In this document: positions 15,665 to 26,125 of the stretch, piece after piece
How positions within the stretch are numbered: position 1 is the stretch's first letter
Layout of the letters: every line of letters begins with the position of its first letter
The notes under the pieces: generated by a model
The model's database searches: none
The model's input: only the letters and a program-made list of their open reading frames with translations
Told to the model about the DNA's origin: nothing
Origin: a virus
IMG/VR virus record: IMGVR_UViG_3300021091_000014
Span: 92,638-156,637 of that record
Reading direction: 5' to 3' (one strand)
Length of the DNA: 64,000 nt
Translations under genes and position numbers: made by a program

Positions 15665-17282
15665 TATCTATCTTGGTAATAAAAACCTAAAACGCAACGA
15701 TGTACAAGTAGAATGGACTAAAGAGCTAGTTCAAGAGTTTTTAAAGTGCTCTAAAGACCCTGTTCATTTTATAGAGACATATGTTAAAATAGTTAACGTT
15801 GATTTAGGTTTTATACCGTTACAGCTGTACGACTATCAGGCCGATATCGTTCGCACAGCATCACAAGAGCGATTTCTCATATGTAAAATGCCTAGACAGG
15901 TTGGTAAAACAACCACTATCGCAGCATTTATTCTTCATAGTGTTATCTTCAATGAAAACTATTCCGTAGCTATCTTAGCTCATAAGGCCGAACAAGCTAG
16001 AGAAATTCTGGGTAGAATTCAGATGGCCTACGAAGCTTTACCTAAATGGCTTCAGCAAGGAATTATTAAATGGAATGAAGGTTCTGTTGAATTAGAAAAC
16101 GGATCAAGGATTATAGCAAGCTCTACCGCTTCTAGTGCTATTCGAGGAACTTCTCAGAACTTAGTTTACTTAGATGAGTTTGCATTCGTACCAAATCACA
16201 TACAAGAAGACTTCTTTGCTTCTGTCTATCCTACTATTTCTTCTGGTAAAACAACTAAAGTATTAATTACCTCTACACCAAAAGGATTAAACTTATTTTA
16301 TAAAATTTGGAAAGATAGTGAAGACGGAAGAAATGATTATAAAAGAATTGACGTACATTGGAGCCAAGTTCCAGGACGAAATGAGAAGTGGAAACAAGAA
16401 ACTATTCGCAATACTTCTGAAGAACAGTTTAGAGAAGAATTTGAATGTGAGTTTTTAGGCTCTACTTCAACTTTAATATCTGGTACCAAGCTAAGAATGC
16501 TCTCTTATTCTAACCCAATAAAGTCTGATAAGCATTTAAAGGTATATTTTGAACCGGAAGAAGGACATGTATATTTTATAGTGGTCGATACGGCGAGAGG
16601 AAAAGAGGGGGACTATTCTGCGTTTAAGGTATTTGATGCAACCGAGCTCCCATATAAAGATGTAGCATCATATAGAGATAATTTAATAGATCCAGTTTTA
16701 TACCCTAATATTATTATTCAAGTAGCAAAGCACTATAATAATGCTTTTGTATTAGTAGAAACTAATGATGTAGGACAGCAGGTAGCCGACATATTATATC
16801 AGGATTTAGAATACGATAACATGCTTTTTACAGCTGGCACTAACATCACCGGTATTAAAATATCTGCAGGATTTGGAACATCGTCACATGCAGGAGTTAG
16901 AACCACAACATCAGTTAAAAAACTAGGATGTAGTAATTTTAAATCTTTAATTGAAAATGACAAATTAATTATTCACGATTATGATACCATTCAGGAAATG
17001 TTCAGATTCATACATAAAGGTACATCCTTCGAAGCCGAAGAAGGTAACGATGATTTGGTAATGTGCTGTGTGCTTTTTAGCTGGATGTCTGATCATAATT
17101 ATTTCAAGGAATTAACCAGCCTTGATTTCCGCAAACGTCTTTCTATGGAGAATGAGAAGAGACTAGAAGATAATTTACTTCCTTTTGGTATTAAAGAAGA
17201 CGGTCGAGACGAATATGTCGTCCAAGAAGAAAAAATAGTAGATTTAGAAAACATGTCATTCGAACAGTGGATGAGAAATTAA
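15648..17282 (+). CDS. gp17: Terminase large subunit gp17
   Basis: PRQVGKTT Walker A, YLDEFAF Walker B, ITSTPKG, C-terminal nuclease with DDLVM. Confidence 0.97.
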   Translation: MVQKSDIYLGNKNLKRNDVQVEWTKELVQEFLKCSKDPVHFIETYVKIVNVDLGFIPLQLYDYQADIVRTASQERFLICKMPRQVGKTTTIAAFILHSVIFNENYSVAILAHKAEQAREILGRIQMAYEALPKWLQQGIIKWNEGSVELENGSRIIASSTASSAIRGTSQNLVYLDEFAFVPNHIQEDFFASVYPTISSGKTTKVLITSTPKGLNLFYKIWKDSEDGRNDYKRIDVHWSQVPGRNEKWKQETIRNTSEEQFREEFECEFLGSTSTLISGTKLRMLSYSNPIKSDKHLKVYFEPEEGHVYFIVVDTARGKEGDYSAFKVFDATELPYKDVASYRDNLIDPVLYPNIIIQVAKHYNNAFVLVETNDVGQQVADILYQDLEYDNMLFTAGTNITGIKISAGFGTSSHAGVRTTTSVKKLGCSNFKSLIENDKLIIHDYDTIQEMFRFIHKGTSFEAEEGNDDLVMCCVLFSWMSDHNYFKELTSLDFRKRLSMENEKRLEDNLLPFGIKEDGRDEYVVQEEKIVDLENMSFEQWMRN

Positions 17283-17294
17283 GTGTTTTAGATT

Positions 17295-17302
17295 TATAAA
17301 TA
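17295..17302 (+). promoter_or_regulatory. T4-type late promoter
   Basis: TATAAATA upstream of gp18. Confidence 0.8.
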
Positions 17303-17346
17303 ACAATAAGCTTTGTGCTAAATAAAACCTTTTGAGGGAGATCAAA

Positions 17347-19464
17347 ATGCCATTTCAAGTAAGTCCAGGAGTAAATGTTTCTGAGATCGACTTGACCACG
17401 GTAGTCCCTGCAGTCTCAACTACCGAGGGCGCTATTGCTGGCGTCTTTCGCTGGGGACCAGTGGACAAACGTGTTCTGGTTGATTCTGAAGCTAACCTAG
17501 CTGCACGCTTTGGTAAGCCAACAAATCACAATGCAGAAACATTCTTTACTGCCGCCAATTTTCTTTCTTACGGTAACAAACTTTATGTCGTAAGAACAGC
17601 CAATACTACTGATTCATCTGGTACAAACGGCGTATTAACCGCCTATGGTGCAGTAGGTGCAGTTAGTAACGTAGCCAATCTTATTGTAAAAAACGATGAT
17701 GCAATCGATGAGACAGCCGTTATTTCTGCTCTAGTAGGAGAGTCAGCTGCAAAATACGTTGCACGCTATCCAGGCTTAATTGGTAACTCTTTAAAAGTTT
17801 CAGTTTGCGATACCGCAACCGCATATTTTTCTAACACATTAATTACCGGTGGTAATGCAAATCTATCAGCAAATGGTGAACTTACTTGCATCGTTGCTAC
17901 AACAGGCTCAAACAGCCACATCTTAAAGATAGCTAATTCTTCTTCTGGAACAGTAACAGAAGCCAACACAAGAGCTACAACTCTTAACGGATTTCTTACC
18001 GTTGGAGATTTAATTGAGCTTGGTAACTCAACAATTGGTACTCAGTACTTAAGAATTACATCTATAGGTTCTGTATCGACAAACTCTACCCACGCTTACT
18101 TTAATATTAATACTGAATCTAACTATACATTAACATCGTTTGGAGATGTTGTAACTTCAAACAATGCTACCGTAGCTAGCGGTTATTTAAAGCGTCATTG
18201 GGAGTATGCATTTAGTGTTGATTCAACACCTGGTACTTCTAACTACACAAAGAATTTTGGTAACTCTAGTGCAGTGGATGAAGTTCACGTTGTCGTAGCA
18301 GATCAAGACGGTCTTATCTCTGGTGTGCCTGGAACTGTTTTAGAAGTATATCAAGGACTTTCTAGAGCAACAGACGCAAAATTAGAAGACGGTGCTACTA
18401 ATTATGTTAAAAATGTAATTAATCAAAGCTCACAATTTGTATACTTTGCTAACGATAGGGCAACTGGTGGATCCAATACAGCTGTTAATATGGCCTCTTT
18501 AGCAAATACAGTTCCATTAACCCTCTCCTTAACCGGAGGTTCCGATGGACTCAACGAAGAGAATGTTCCAATGAATATTCTTCAGGCTGGCTACGATATG
18601 TTTGAGTCAGCAGAAGATGTAGATATCTCTTTAGTTCTTCAAGGTAAAGCAAGAGGCGGTACAAATAGTGCCCAGCTCGCACAATACATTATTGACAACG
18701 TTGCTGAAAAGAGAAAAGATTGCGTGGCTTTCATTTCTCCAGATAGAGCAGACTCTGTTCTTAATTCTTCTAAGCAGGAATCTCAAGATACCGTCTCGTA
18801 TCGTAACAGTCTTTCTTCAACATCGTATGCCGTGCTTGATTCCGGATACAAGTATCAATATGACAAATACAATGATGTCTACAGGTACATTCCATTAAAC
18901 GGTGATGTAGCTGGCTTATGCGTGAGAACAGATGATACAAGAGATCCTTGGTTCTCTCCAGCAGGATTCAATAGAGGTGTAATTAAAAATTCTGTAAAGC
19001 TTGCTTTTAATCCAAGCAAGGCAGACAGAGACCTTCTCTATAAGAATGGCGTTAACCCTGTAGTAACATTCCCAGGTCAAGGCACATTGCTGTTTGGTGA
19101 CAAGACTCTGCTTACCAAGCCTTCTGCATTCGATAGAATTAACGTTCGCAGATTGTTTATTGTGCTTGAGAAAGCAATTGCTACAGCAGCTAAATTTACA
19201 CTGTTTGAATTTAACGACGAGTTTACTCGTGCACAGTTTAAAAACTTAGTAGAGCCTTTCCTAAGGGATGTGCAAGGTCGAAGAGGTATTTACGACTTTA
19301 GAGTAGTTTGCGATGAAACAAATAACACCCCAGAAGTTATTGATCGTAACGAGTTTGTTGGAGACATTTACATTAAGCCAGCTCGCTCAATCAACTATAT
19401 TCAATTGAACTTCGTGGCAGTTAGAACTGGTGTTGAGTTCTCCGAGATTGTTGGACAGTTTTAA
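17347..19464 (+). CDS. gp18: Tail sheath protein gp18
   Basis: MPFQVSPGVNVSEIDLT start after a GAGGGAG RBS; PWFSPAG, FDRINVRRLF, IKPARSINYIQLNF. Confidence 0.97.
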   Translation: MPFQVSPGVNVSEIDLTTVVPAVSTTEGAIAGVFRWGPVDKRVLVDSEANLAARFGKPTNHNAETFFTAANFLSYGNKLYVVRTANTTDSSGTNGVLTAYGAVGAVSNVANLIVKNDDAIDETAVISALVGESAAKYVARYPGLIGNSLKVSVCDTATAYFSNTLITGGNANLSANGELTCIVATTGSNSHILKIANSSSGTVTEANTRATTLNGFLTVGDLIELGNSTIGTQYLRITSIGSVSTNSTHAYFNINTESNYTLTSFGDVVTSNNATVASGYLKRHWEYAFSVDSTPGTSNYTKNFGNSSAVDEVHVVVADQDGLISGVPGTVLEVYQGLSRATDAKLEDGATNYVKNVINQSSQFVYFANDRATGGSNTAVNMASLANTVPLTLSLTGGSDGLNEENVPMNILQAGYDMFESAEDVDISLVLQGKARGGTNSAQLAQYIIDNVAEKRKDCVAFISPDRADSVLNSSKQESQDTVSYRNSLSSTSYAVLDSGYKYQYDKYNDVYRYIPLNGDVAGLCVRTDDTRDPWFSPAGFNRGVIKNSVKLAFNPSKADRDLLYKNGVNPVVTFPGQGTLLFGDKTLLTKPSAFDRINVRRLFIVLEKAIATAAKFTLFEFNDEFTRAQFKNLVEPFLRDVQGRRGIYDFRVVCDETNNTPEVIDRNEFVGDIYIKPARSINYIQLNFVAVRTGVEFSEIVGQF

Positions 19465-19492
19465 TAAATAACAACAGACAAGGAGACACTAA

Positions 19493-20044
19493 ATGGCTTT
19501 CAATGTAAACGAAATTAGAAGTCAATTAACACTTGGAGGAGCTCGTAACACGCTCTTCCAAGTTACGATTCAAAACCCCGCTAACAGTGTTGCAGATATT
19601 AAGGTTCCTTTTCTAGTTAGAACAGCTCAGATTCCTTCTTCCGATCTGGGCGTTATAGAAGTGCCTTACTTCGGACGCAAAATTAAATTAGCTGGAGACA
19701 GAACGTTTGCCGATTGGACAGTCACCGTTATTAACGACGAGGACTTTTTAATTCGTAACGCTATGGAGCAGTGGTCAAATCAGATTAACTCCCTTAGAGG
19801 TAATCTGCGCACATTTGGTGCTGCATCCCCATCGCTTTATAAAGCAAACGCTCAAGTTGTTCAGTATTCAAAAACAGGTGTGCCTATTAGAACTTACACC
19901 TTCAACGGTATCTTCCCACAAGTGGTGTCAACCATTGATTTAGATTGGAATGCAACAGATACTATTGAAGAGTTTACAGTTACCTTCCAGTACGACTGGT
20001 GGGAGGTTACTGGTGGAGTAACTGGCAACGCCGGTGGCGCTTAA
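19493..20044 (+). CDS. gp19: Tail tube protein gp19
   Basis: GGARxxLF, GRKIKLAGDRTFxDWTVTVINDEDF, IEEFTVTFQYDWW; AATAAATA at 19463-19470. Confidence 0.96.
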   Translation: MAFNVNEIRSQLTLGGARNTLFQVTIQNPANSVADIKVPFLVRTAQIPSSDLGVIEVPYFGRKIKLAGDRTFADWTVTVINDEDFLIRNAMEQWSNQINSLRGNLRTFGAASPSLYKANAQVVQYSKTGVPIRTYTFNGIFPQVVSTIDLDWNATDTIEEFTVTFQYDWWEVTGGVTGNAGGA

Positions 20045-20054
20045 TATTAATGAT

Positions 20055-20078
20055 AGCGGGCCCTCGAGGCCCGCTTTT
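20055..20078 (+). terminator. Rho-independent terminator after gp19
   Basis: Hairpin agcgggcc-ctcga-ggcccgct followed by T run. Confidence 0.8.
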
Positions 20079-20093
20079 CCTATTGAGGTTTAA

Positions 20094-21659
20094 ATGAGAT
20101 TATTCGGATTTGAAATAAAACGCCAAGATAAAGAACCTGAACCACAATCGTTCGCACCGCCACAGGAAGATGACGGTGCTGTAATTGTTGCTGCTGGTGG
20201 TGTATATGGCACCTATGTTGATCTAGAAGGATCAGCTAAGACAGAAGCAGAACTAGTAACAAAGTATAGAGATATGACTAACCAGCCTGAAGTTGATCAG
20301 GCTGTAGATGACATAGTTAATGAAGCAATTGTAAGTGAACCAGAAGTAGAAACTGTTTCACTTAATCTAGACAAGACAAATACTTCACCTAACATAAAAA
20401 AACTTATTATTGAAGAATTTGAAAATATTAAAAAGCTTTTAAATTTTGATAATCAAGCCTTTGATATTTTTAGAAGATATTATGTTGATGGACGCCTTTA
20501 CTATCATGCTATCATAGATGATAAAAAGCCTGAACTTGGACTTAAAGAATTAAGATATATTGATCCTAGAAAAATTAGAAAAATAAAAGAGATTAAAAAG
20601 AAAAAAGATCAAGTTACTGGAGCAACACTTACAGAAAAGGCTGCAGAGTATTTTCTTTATAGTGAAAAAGGATATTACAATGCCGGTAATAGTAACCTTG
20701 GCAATCAAGGAATGACTGGTGGTATAAGAATTGCTAAAGATAGTATTATTCATATTACATCCGGCCTAATGGATACAAATAATACTATAGTTTTATCGCA
20801 TCTGCATAAAGCAATAAAAGTTCTTAACCAGCTTAGAACTTTAGAAGACGCTACAGTAATTTATAGAATATCTAGAGCGCCTGAGCGTAGAATATTTTAT
20901 ATCGACGTCGGTAACTTGCCAAAGATGAAGGCCGAGCAGTACCTACGTGACATGATGATACGTCATAAGAATAGAGTCGTTTACGATTCACAGACAGGTG
21001 AAATAAGAGACGACCGTAAGTTTATGACAATGCTTGAAGATTACTGGCTGCCAAGACGCGAAGGTAATAAAGGTACAGAAATTACTACTCTTCCCGGGGG
21101 TCAGAACCTAGGTGAGATGACCGATGTAAATTATTTTCAAAAGAAATTATATCGCGCATTAAATGTGCCTGGATCAAGATTAGAAGCTGAGCAGACATTT
21201 AATGTAGGAAGATCAACAGAAATTACTCGCGATGAAGTAAAGTTTTCTAAGTTTGTAAATCGTTTAAGAAGCAAATTCTCTTCTTTGTTTTTAAAGAGTC
21301 TAGAAAAGCAACTAGTGCTAAAAAAGATTATGACTCTTGAAGAATGGCAAGACATTTTACAAAGCATTAAGTTTGATTATGCTAAAGACAATTACTTTGC
21401 CGAGCTTAAAGAGATAGAAGCAATAAGAGAGCGTGTTTCAATACTTAGAGACATTGATGACTTTGCTGGTAAGTACGTATCTCATGCATGGGTTAGAAAG
21501 AATGTTCTTCGTCAAACGGAAGAAGAAATAGAACAAAATGATGAGGAAATGCAAGCAGAACTTGATGATCCTAGATACGCAGCACCTGATCCTCCTCCTA
21601 GTGAAACTGATGGAAGTCAAGGTGATAGTACGCAATTAGACAATGAAAGACCACAATAA
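20094..21659 (+). CDS. gp20: Portal protein gp20
   Basis: YRISRAPERRIFYIDVGNLPKxKAEQY, EDYWLPRREG, EITRDEVKF. Confidence 0.97.
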   Translation: MRLFGFEIKRQDKEPEPQSFAPPQEDDGAVIVAAGGVYGTYVDLEGSAKTEAELVTKYRDMTNQPEVDQAVDDIVNEAIVSEPEVETVSLNLDKTNTSPNIKKLIIEEFENIKKLLNFDNQAFDIFRRYYVDGRLYYHAIIDDKKPELGLKELRYIDPRKIRKIKEIKKKKDQVTGATLTEKAAEYFLYSEKGYYNAGNSNLGNQGMTGGIRIAKDSIIHITSGLMDTNNTIVLSHLHKAIKVLNQLRTLEDATVIYRISRAPERRIFYIDVGNLPKMKAEQYLRDMMIRHKNRVVYDSQTGEIRDDRKFMTMLEDYWLPRREGNKGTEITTLPGGQNLGEMTDVNYFQKKLYRALNVPGSRLEAEQTFNVGRSTEITRDEVKFSKFVNRLRSKFSSLFLKSLEKQLVLKKIMTLEEWQDILQSIKFDYAKDNYFAELKEIEAIRERVSILRDIDDFAGKYVSHAWVRKNVLRQTEEEIEQNDEEMQAELDDPRYAAPDPPPSETDGSQGDSTQLDNERPQ

Positions 21660-21679
21660 ATAAATATTTGGAGACAATA

Positions 21680-21910
21680 ATGGAATACTCAATACAAGAT
21701 ATTATTGACGGAGCTGTAGAAAACGAACCTACTAAAGTGCAAGCAGCTTTTGACGGTATTATTGGCCCAAGAGTACTTGCTGCTTTAGAAGCTAGGAAGA
21801 GAGAGATTGCTACAGCAATGTTCTCTCAACAAGAAGCAGAAGTAGAACAAGAAAACAACACAGAGGTTTCTAACGATGAAAACACTGAGCCAGCTACAGA
21901 AAATAATTAA
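21680..21910 (+). CDS. Prohead core protein (gp67-like)
   Basis: Small acidic ORF right after the portal, GGAG RBS, AATAAATA upstream; synteny. Confidence 0.6.
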   Translation: MEYSIQDIIDGAVENEPTKVQAAFDGIIGPRVLAALEARKREIATAMFSQQEAEVEQENNTEVSNDENTEPATENN

Positions 21911-22694
21911 GCAAGCTCAAGGTACAACTGGTACCACAGCTTATCGTCCCAAAGGTGGAGACGAACAACAGTTTATGGATAAACATGTTATTCAAAAAAC
22001 TGATGATGCTAATGGAAATGGAGACGAAGTCTTCAATGGTACAGGTGTAAAAAAAATTGATCGTAAAAAAGAGCTCCATGGATACGAGCCAGGTGAAGAC
22101 GCCGCTGTGCATGAAGAGATTAATGAGATTAGCAAATCAACACTTGGATCGTATGTTAAAAAAGCATCTGTTGACATGTCTAATAGAAGTGCAGAGGTAG
22201 AAAAAGATTTAGCTACTGCAAAATCTGATTATAGCATGATGAGAAGACATGGATTTAAAAAGAAAATAGCACAAAATATGATGAAAAAAGATGTTGACAC
22301 CGCACTTTCAAAAGTTGGTAAAGTATCAAAACGTATGAGAGGAATTGATAAAGCTACAGATCGTTTAACAAAAGAAGAAGTCAATGAATTAGAAATTGAT
22401 GAGCGCACTTTATCAACAGGCGAAATGAAAAAGCGTGAAGATATTGTTAAGGGCATGAAAAAAGGTTTAAAGGATTTTAAATCACGTTACGGTAAAGATG
22501 CTAAGTCGGTAATGTATGCTACTGCTACCAAGCTTGCAAAAGAAGAAACCGAAGAAGAGTATGATGTTCAAATTTTAGAATTATTTGCTGGTCTGGATGA
22601 TGAGAACAGACAGTTTATGTTAGAGATGCTTGACAAAGGTCTTGAGAAAGAAATTTTAGAATACATTAAAGAAAGCGAGTCTGATAATGGCTGA
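21876..22694 (+). CDS. Prohead core/internal head protein (gp68 position)
   Basis: Highly charged, INEIS/VNE motifs, between gp67-like and gp21. Confidence 0.55.
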   Translation: MKTLSQLQKIIKQAQGTTGTTAYRPKGGDEQQFMDKHVIQKTDDANGNGDEVFNGTGVKKIDRKKELHGYEPGEDAAVHEEINEISKSTLGSYVKKASVDMSNRSAEVEKDLATAKSDYSMMRRHGFKKKIAQNMMKKDVDTALSKVGKVSKRMRGIDKATDRLTKEEVNELEIDERTLSTGEMKKREDIVKGMKKGLKDFKSRYGKDAKSVMYATATKLAKEETEEEYDVQILELFAGLDDENRQFMLEMLDKGLEKEILEYIKESESDNG

Positions 22695-22959
22695 TTTAGT
22701 AAAGTTTTTAGCTCAAGAAATTACTCTTGGTACTGTTGCTAATAACGTTAGTACAGGCTCACTTGTTAGAGTTGTGAACACCACAGCCGGATTAGTTTTA
22801 ATTACTCAAAAATTTGCTAACGGAACCACGATATCTACATTTACCCTTAGCGCAGCAACTGCGGATTTTGCTGGAACGTTTGTAATTAAACAACCAACGG
22901 ACACGCTTCAATCAAATGCTGCATCTGGTGTACTAGCCGTATCAGTAGGATACTATTAA
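22687..22959 (+). CDS. Hypothetical protein in the head module
   Basis: 90-aa ORF overlapping the upstream gene and ending 8 nt before gp21. Confidence 0.6.
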   Translation: MADLVKFLAQEITLGTVANNVSTGSLVRVVNTTAGLVLITQKFANGTTISTFTLSAATADFAGTFVIKQPTDTLQSNAASGVLAVSVGYY

Positions 22960-22967
22960 GGACTAAC

Positions 22968-23627
22968 ATGAAACTTATTTCCGAATTAGTCGAACAAGTT
23001 AATGTGCTAGTTGAAGAAAAAGAATCTGGCAAAAAAGACTTTTTTATTGAGGGTGTATTTCTTCAAGGCAATTTAAAAAATAGAAACAATCGAGTATACC
23101 CAATGGAGATTCTCGATAAAGAAGTTAAAAGATATAATGAAGAGTATATTGATAAGAATAGGGCCTATGGTGAATTAGGTCACCCTCAGGGACCAACGAT
23201 TAATTTAGAGCGCGTCTCTCATATGATTAAAGATCTTAGACGCGAAGGTACTAATTATGTTGGCCGAGCTAAGATTATGGACACTCCTTATGGAAACATT
23301 GTAAAAAATTTGATGCAAGAAGGCGCACAACTTGGTGTTTCTTCTAGAGGTATGGGAAGCTTAAAAGAAACAACTAAAGGCGTTAGTGAAGTTCAGGATG
23401 ATTTTTATCTTGCTACAGCTGCAGACATCGTAGCTGATCCTTCCGCACCTGATGCTTTTGTTAGAGGTATTATGGAAGGTGTTGAGTGGGTTTGGGATAA
23501 TGGCGTTTTAAAGGCTCAAAAAATAGAAGAAATGAAAAAAGAGATTATTAAAGCCTCCTCTAAATCTATAGAAGCTACTAAAGTTAAAGTATTTGAAAAT
23601 TTCTTCAAAGAATTGTCCAAGAAATAG
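22968..23627 (+). CDS. gp21: Prohead protease gp21
   Basis: IEGVFLQ, NRNxRVYP, GELGHP, GVSSRGMGS, DIVADPSAPDAFV. Confidence 0.96.
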   Translation: MKLISELVEQVNVLVEEKESGKKDFFIEGVFLQGNLKNRNNRVYPMEILDKEVKRYNEEYIDKNRAYGELGHPQGPTINLERVSHMIKDLRREGTNYVGRAKIMDTPYGNIVKNLMQEGAQLGVSSRGMGSLKETTKGVSEVQDDFYLATAADIVADPSAPDAFVRGIMEGVEWVWDNGVLKAQKIEEMKKEIIKASSKSIEATKVKVFENFFKELSKK

Positions 23628-23630
23628 ATT

Positions 23631-23638
23631 TATAAATA
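23631..23638 (+). promoter_or_regulatory. T4-type late promoter
   Basis: TATAAATA before gp22. Confidence 0.8.
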
Positions 23639-23668
23639 ACTATAATAAATTCCATTAAGGAGCTTAAA

Positions 23669-24640
23669 ATGAAAGAAAAAGAATTATATGAGAAGGTGAT
23701 CAACAAAGGTGGCGAGAACGGCGACACCGAAGTTGCAGATCCTGTTGCAAAAAACACAACACTTCCAGGTAATAAAGAAGGCGGAGAAAAAACACCTCCC
23801 CTCAGATCAGCTAGCGATCTCGATTCTGCTACTCCTACAATGGGTGGGAATGATTCTGCTGACACCAACAAAGCAACATTAAACATGAAGCCATCAGCTG
23901 CATCCGCCAAGATGGAAGATTTTACTATTGAAGTTGCATTTGAAGGTGAAGAGCTTTCAGAAGAGTTTAAAGAGAAAGCTGTTACAATATTTGAAGCTGC
24001 AGTTAATGCTAAGGTAGAGATGTTGAGAGCAGAAATTGAAGCTGAGTCGGTTAAGAAATTAGAAGAGCAAGTAGCTGAAATTACTACTAAACTTTCCGAT
24101 CAAATCGACAACTATCTTAATTACATTGTCGAGCAGTGGATGCAAGAGAACGAAATTGCTATTGAATCCTCGCTCCGTACAGAAATTACAGAAGAGTTTA
24201 TTGGTGGATTAAGAGATTTGTTCGCCGAGAATTACATCGAAATTCCTGAAGAAAAGTTAGATGTTTTAGAAGAGCTTGCTTCCATAGTTGAAGAGTTAGA
24301 AGCTAAGTTAAATGAGACTATCAACACAAATATTGATCTGAATAATTCCGTTAAAGATTATGCCAGACAGTCGATTTTTAGTAAGGTGGCAGAGGGATTA
24401 ACAGTATCGCAAAAAGAGAGACTTTCTTCGTTAGCAGAAGGTGTTGATTTTATTGATGAAGACTCGTATGCTAAAAAACTTCAGATTGTTAAAGAGAACT
24501 ATTTTAAAGAGAAATCAGTTACTCAGACAATCAGCGAGACAGAAGTAGAGTCAGCAGAAGAGCCTCAAGCAGAAAAGCAAAAGCTTTCTGGACCTGTTGC
24601 TAACTACGTTCAGGCTATTTCACGTACCATTAAGAAATAA
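23669..24640 (+). CDS. gp22: Prohead scaffold protein gp22
   Basis: LSEEFKEKAxTIFEAAV, YLNYIVEQWMxEN, KLQIVKENYF. Confidence 0.93.
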   Translation: MKEKELYEKVINKGGENGDTEVADPVAKNTTLPGNKEGGEKTPPLRSASDLDSATPTMGGNDSADTNKATLNMKPSAASAKMEDFTIEVAFEGEELSEEFKEKAVTIFEAAVNAKVEMLRAEIEAESVKKLEEQVAEITTKLSDQIDNYLNYIVEQWMQENEIAIESSLRTEITEEFIGGLRDLFAENYIEIPEEKLDVLEELASIVEELEAKLNETINTNIDLNNSVKDYARQSIFSKVAEGLTVSQKERLSSLAEGVDFIDEDSYAKKLQIVKENYFKEKSVTQTISETEVESAEEPQAEKQKLSGPVANYVQAISRTIKK

Positions 24641-24644
24641 TTTT

Positions 24645-24652
24645 TATAAATA
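24645..24652 (+). promoter_or_regulatory. T4-type late promoter
   Basis: TATAAATA before gp23. Confidence 0.8.
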
Positions 24653-24689
24653 AAAATAACCCAATTTTTAATAGGAAGGGGAAACTCAA

Positions 24690-26042
24690 ATGTATTTAAA
24701 TGAAGAAATTCAAAACAAGTGGAAACCAGTACTTGAGCATCCTGATCTTGACCCGATCAAGGATACGCACAAGCGTGCTGTAACCGCTCAAATTCTCGAG
24801 AATACAGAGAAAGCTCTCCGCGAAGCATCGTATCAAGTTCGTGGAAGCCAGAGTCTGTTTGAAGCCAACAACCCAACAAACGCTATGGGAGCTTCTTCTT
24901 CCACAGCTGGTGATGGCGCAGTTGACATTTTCGATCCAGTTTTAATCTCGTTAGTTCGCCGTGCAATGCCTAATCTTATTGCTTATGACATCTGCGGTGT
25001 TCAGCCAATGACTGGTCCTACAGGTCTTATCTTCGCAATGCGTTCGCGCTTCACTTCACAGTCTGGCGATGAGGCATTCTACAACGAAGCAAATACAGAG
25101 TTTTCTTCGCACAATAAGAATTCTGCTGCTCTCGGCAATAACCACGTTGGTACAACAGGTGCAGGTGCAAATCTGACCCAACTAGCCACCAACACAGAAG
25201 TTAACTTTGCTGGTGGCGTTCCAACCTCCGAGTTAGAGCGTTTCGGTAACGGTACAATTACATTCCCTCAGATGGCTTTCTCTATCGAGAAAGTAACAGT
25301 AACAGCTAAAGGTCGTGCACTAAAGGCTGAGTACTCTATGGAACTTGCCCAGGACCTGCGCGCCGTTCACGGTTTAGATGCAGAGACTGAGCTCTCCAAC
25401 ATCCTGTCGGCAGAGATTCTCGCCGAAATCAATCGCGAAGTTATTCGCTCAATCTATGTAACAGCTAAAGTTGGTGCTACAGAGAACACAACAACATCTG
25501 GTGTGTTTGACCTGGATACCGATTCTAATGGTCGTTGGTCCGTTGAGAAGTTCAAGGGTCTGATGTTCCAACTCGAAAGAGAAGCTAATAAGATTGCAAA
25601 AGACACCCGTAGAGGTAAAGGTAACATCGTTATCTGCTCATCGGACGTTGCTTCCGCACTGCAGATGGCCGGTGTTCTGGACTATGCTCCAGCTCTGAAC
25701 TCCAACAACCTTCAAATCGATGACACAGGCAATACATTCGCCGGTGTTCTGAACGGCCGTATCCGCGTTTACATCGATCCATATGCTGGTGGTAACTACT
25801 TCGTTATGGGCTACAAGGGCTCGTCAGCATTTGACGCAGGTCTGTTCTATTGCCCATATGTTCCTCTCCAAATGGTTCGTGCAGTTGACCCTGACACATT
25901 CCAGCCAAAGATTGGCTTTAAGACTCGTTATGGAATGGTTGCAAACCCATTCAACGACGGTTCGTCAGCCGCTGGTACAGGCGCACTTGCCGAGGACACA
26001 AACGTGTACTATCGCCGCGTCCGCGTTAACAACATTATGTAA
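24690..26042 (+). CDS. gp23: Major capsid protein gp23
   Basis: LVRRAMPNLIAYDICGVQPMTGPTGLIFAMR, RALKAEYSMELAQDL, FQPKIGFKTRYG. Confidence 0.98.
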   Translation: MYLNEEIQNKWKPVLEHPDLDPIKDTHKRAVTAQILENTEKALREASYQVRGSQSLFEANNPTNAMGASSSTAGDGAVDIFDPVLISLVRRAMPNLIAYDICGVQPMTGPTGLIFAMRSRFTSQSGDEAFYNEANTEFSSHNKNSAALGNNHVGTTGAGANLTQLATNTEVNFAGGVPTSELERFGNGTITFPQMAFSIEKVTVTAKGRALKAEYSMELAQDLRAVHGLDAETELSNILSAEILAEINREVIRSIYVTAKVGATENTTTSGVFDLDTDSNGRWSVEKFKGLMFQLEREANKIAKDTRRGKGNIVICSSDVASALQMAGVLDYAPALNSNNLQIDDTGNTFAGVLNGRIRVYIDPYAGGNYFVMGYKGSSAFDAGLFYCPYVPLQMVRAVDPDTFQPKIGFKTRYGMVANPFNDGSSAAGTGALAEDTNVYYRRVRVNNIM

Positions 26043-26080
26043 TTCAAATAATAAGAATAATAACATAATGATGTACTTAA

Positions 26081-26105
26081 AGGGGATCTTCGGATCCCCT
26101 TTTTT
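26081..26105 (+). terminator. Rho-independent terminator with a cUUCGg tetraloop after gp23
   Basis: aggggatc-ttcg-gatcccct followed by T run. Confidence 0.9.
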
Positions 26106-26125
26106 ATTATAGGATAAATATCAGT

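Noticed and set aside
25783-26112. Alternative-frame ORF over the gp23 3' end, and similar 60-150 aa nested ORFs elsewhere
   Set aside because: They lie within well-supported genes, lack an RBS or motifs, and this one crosses the terminator
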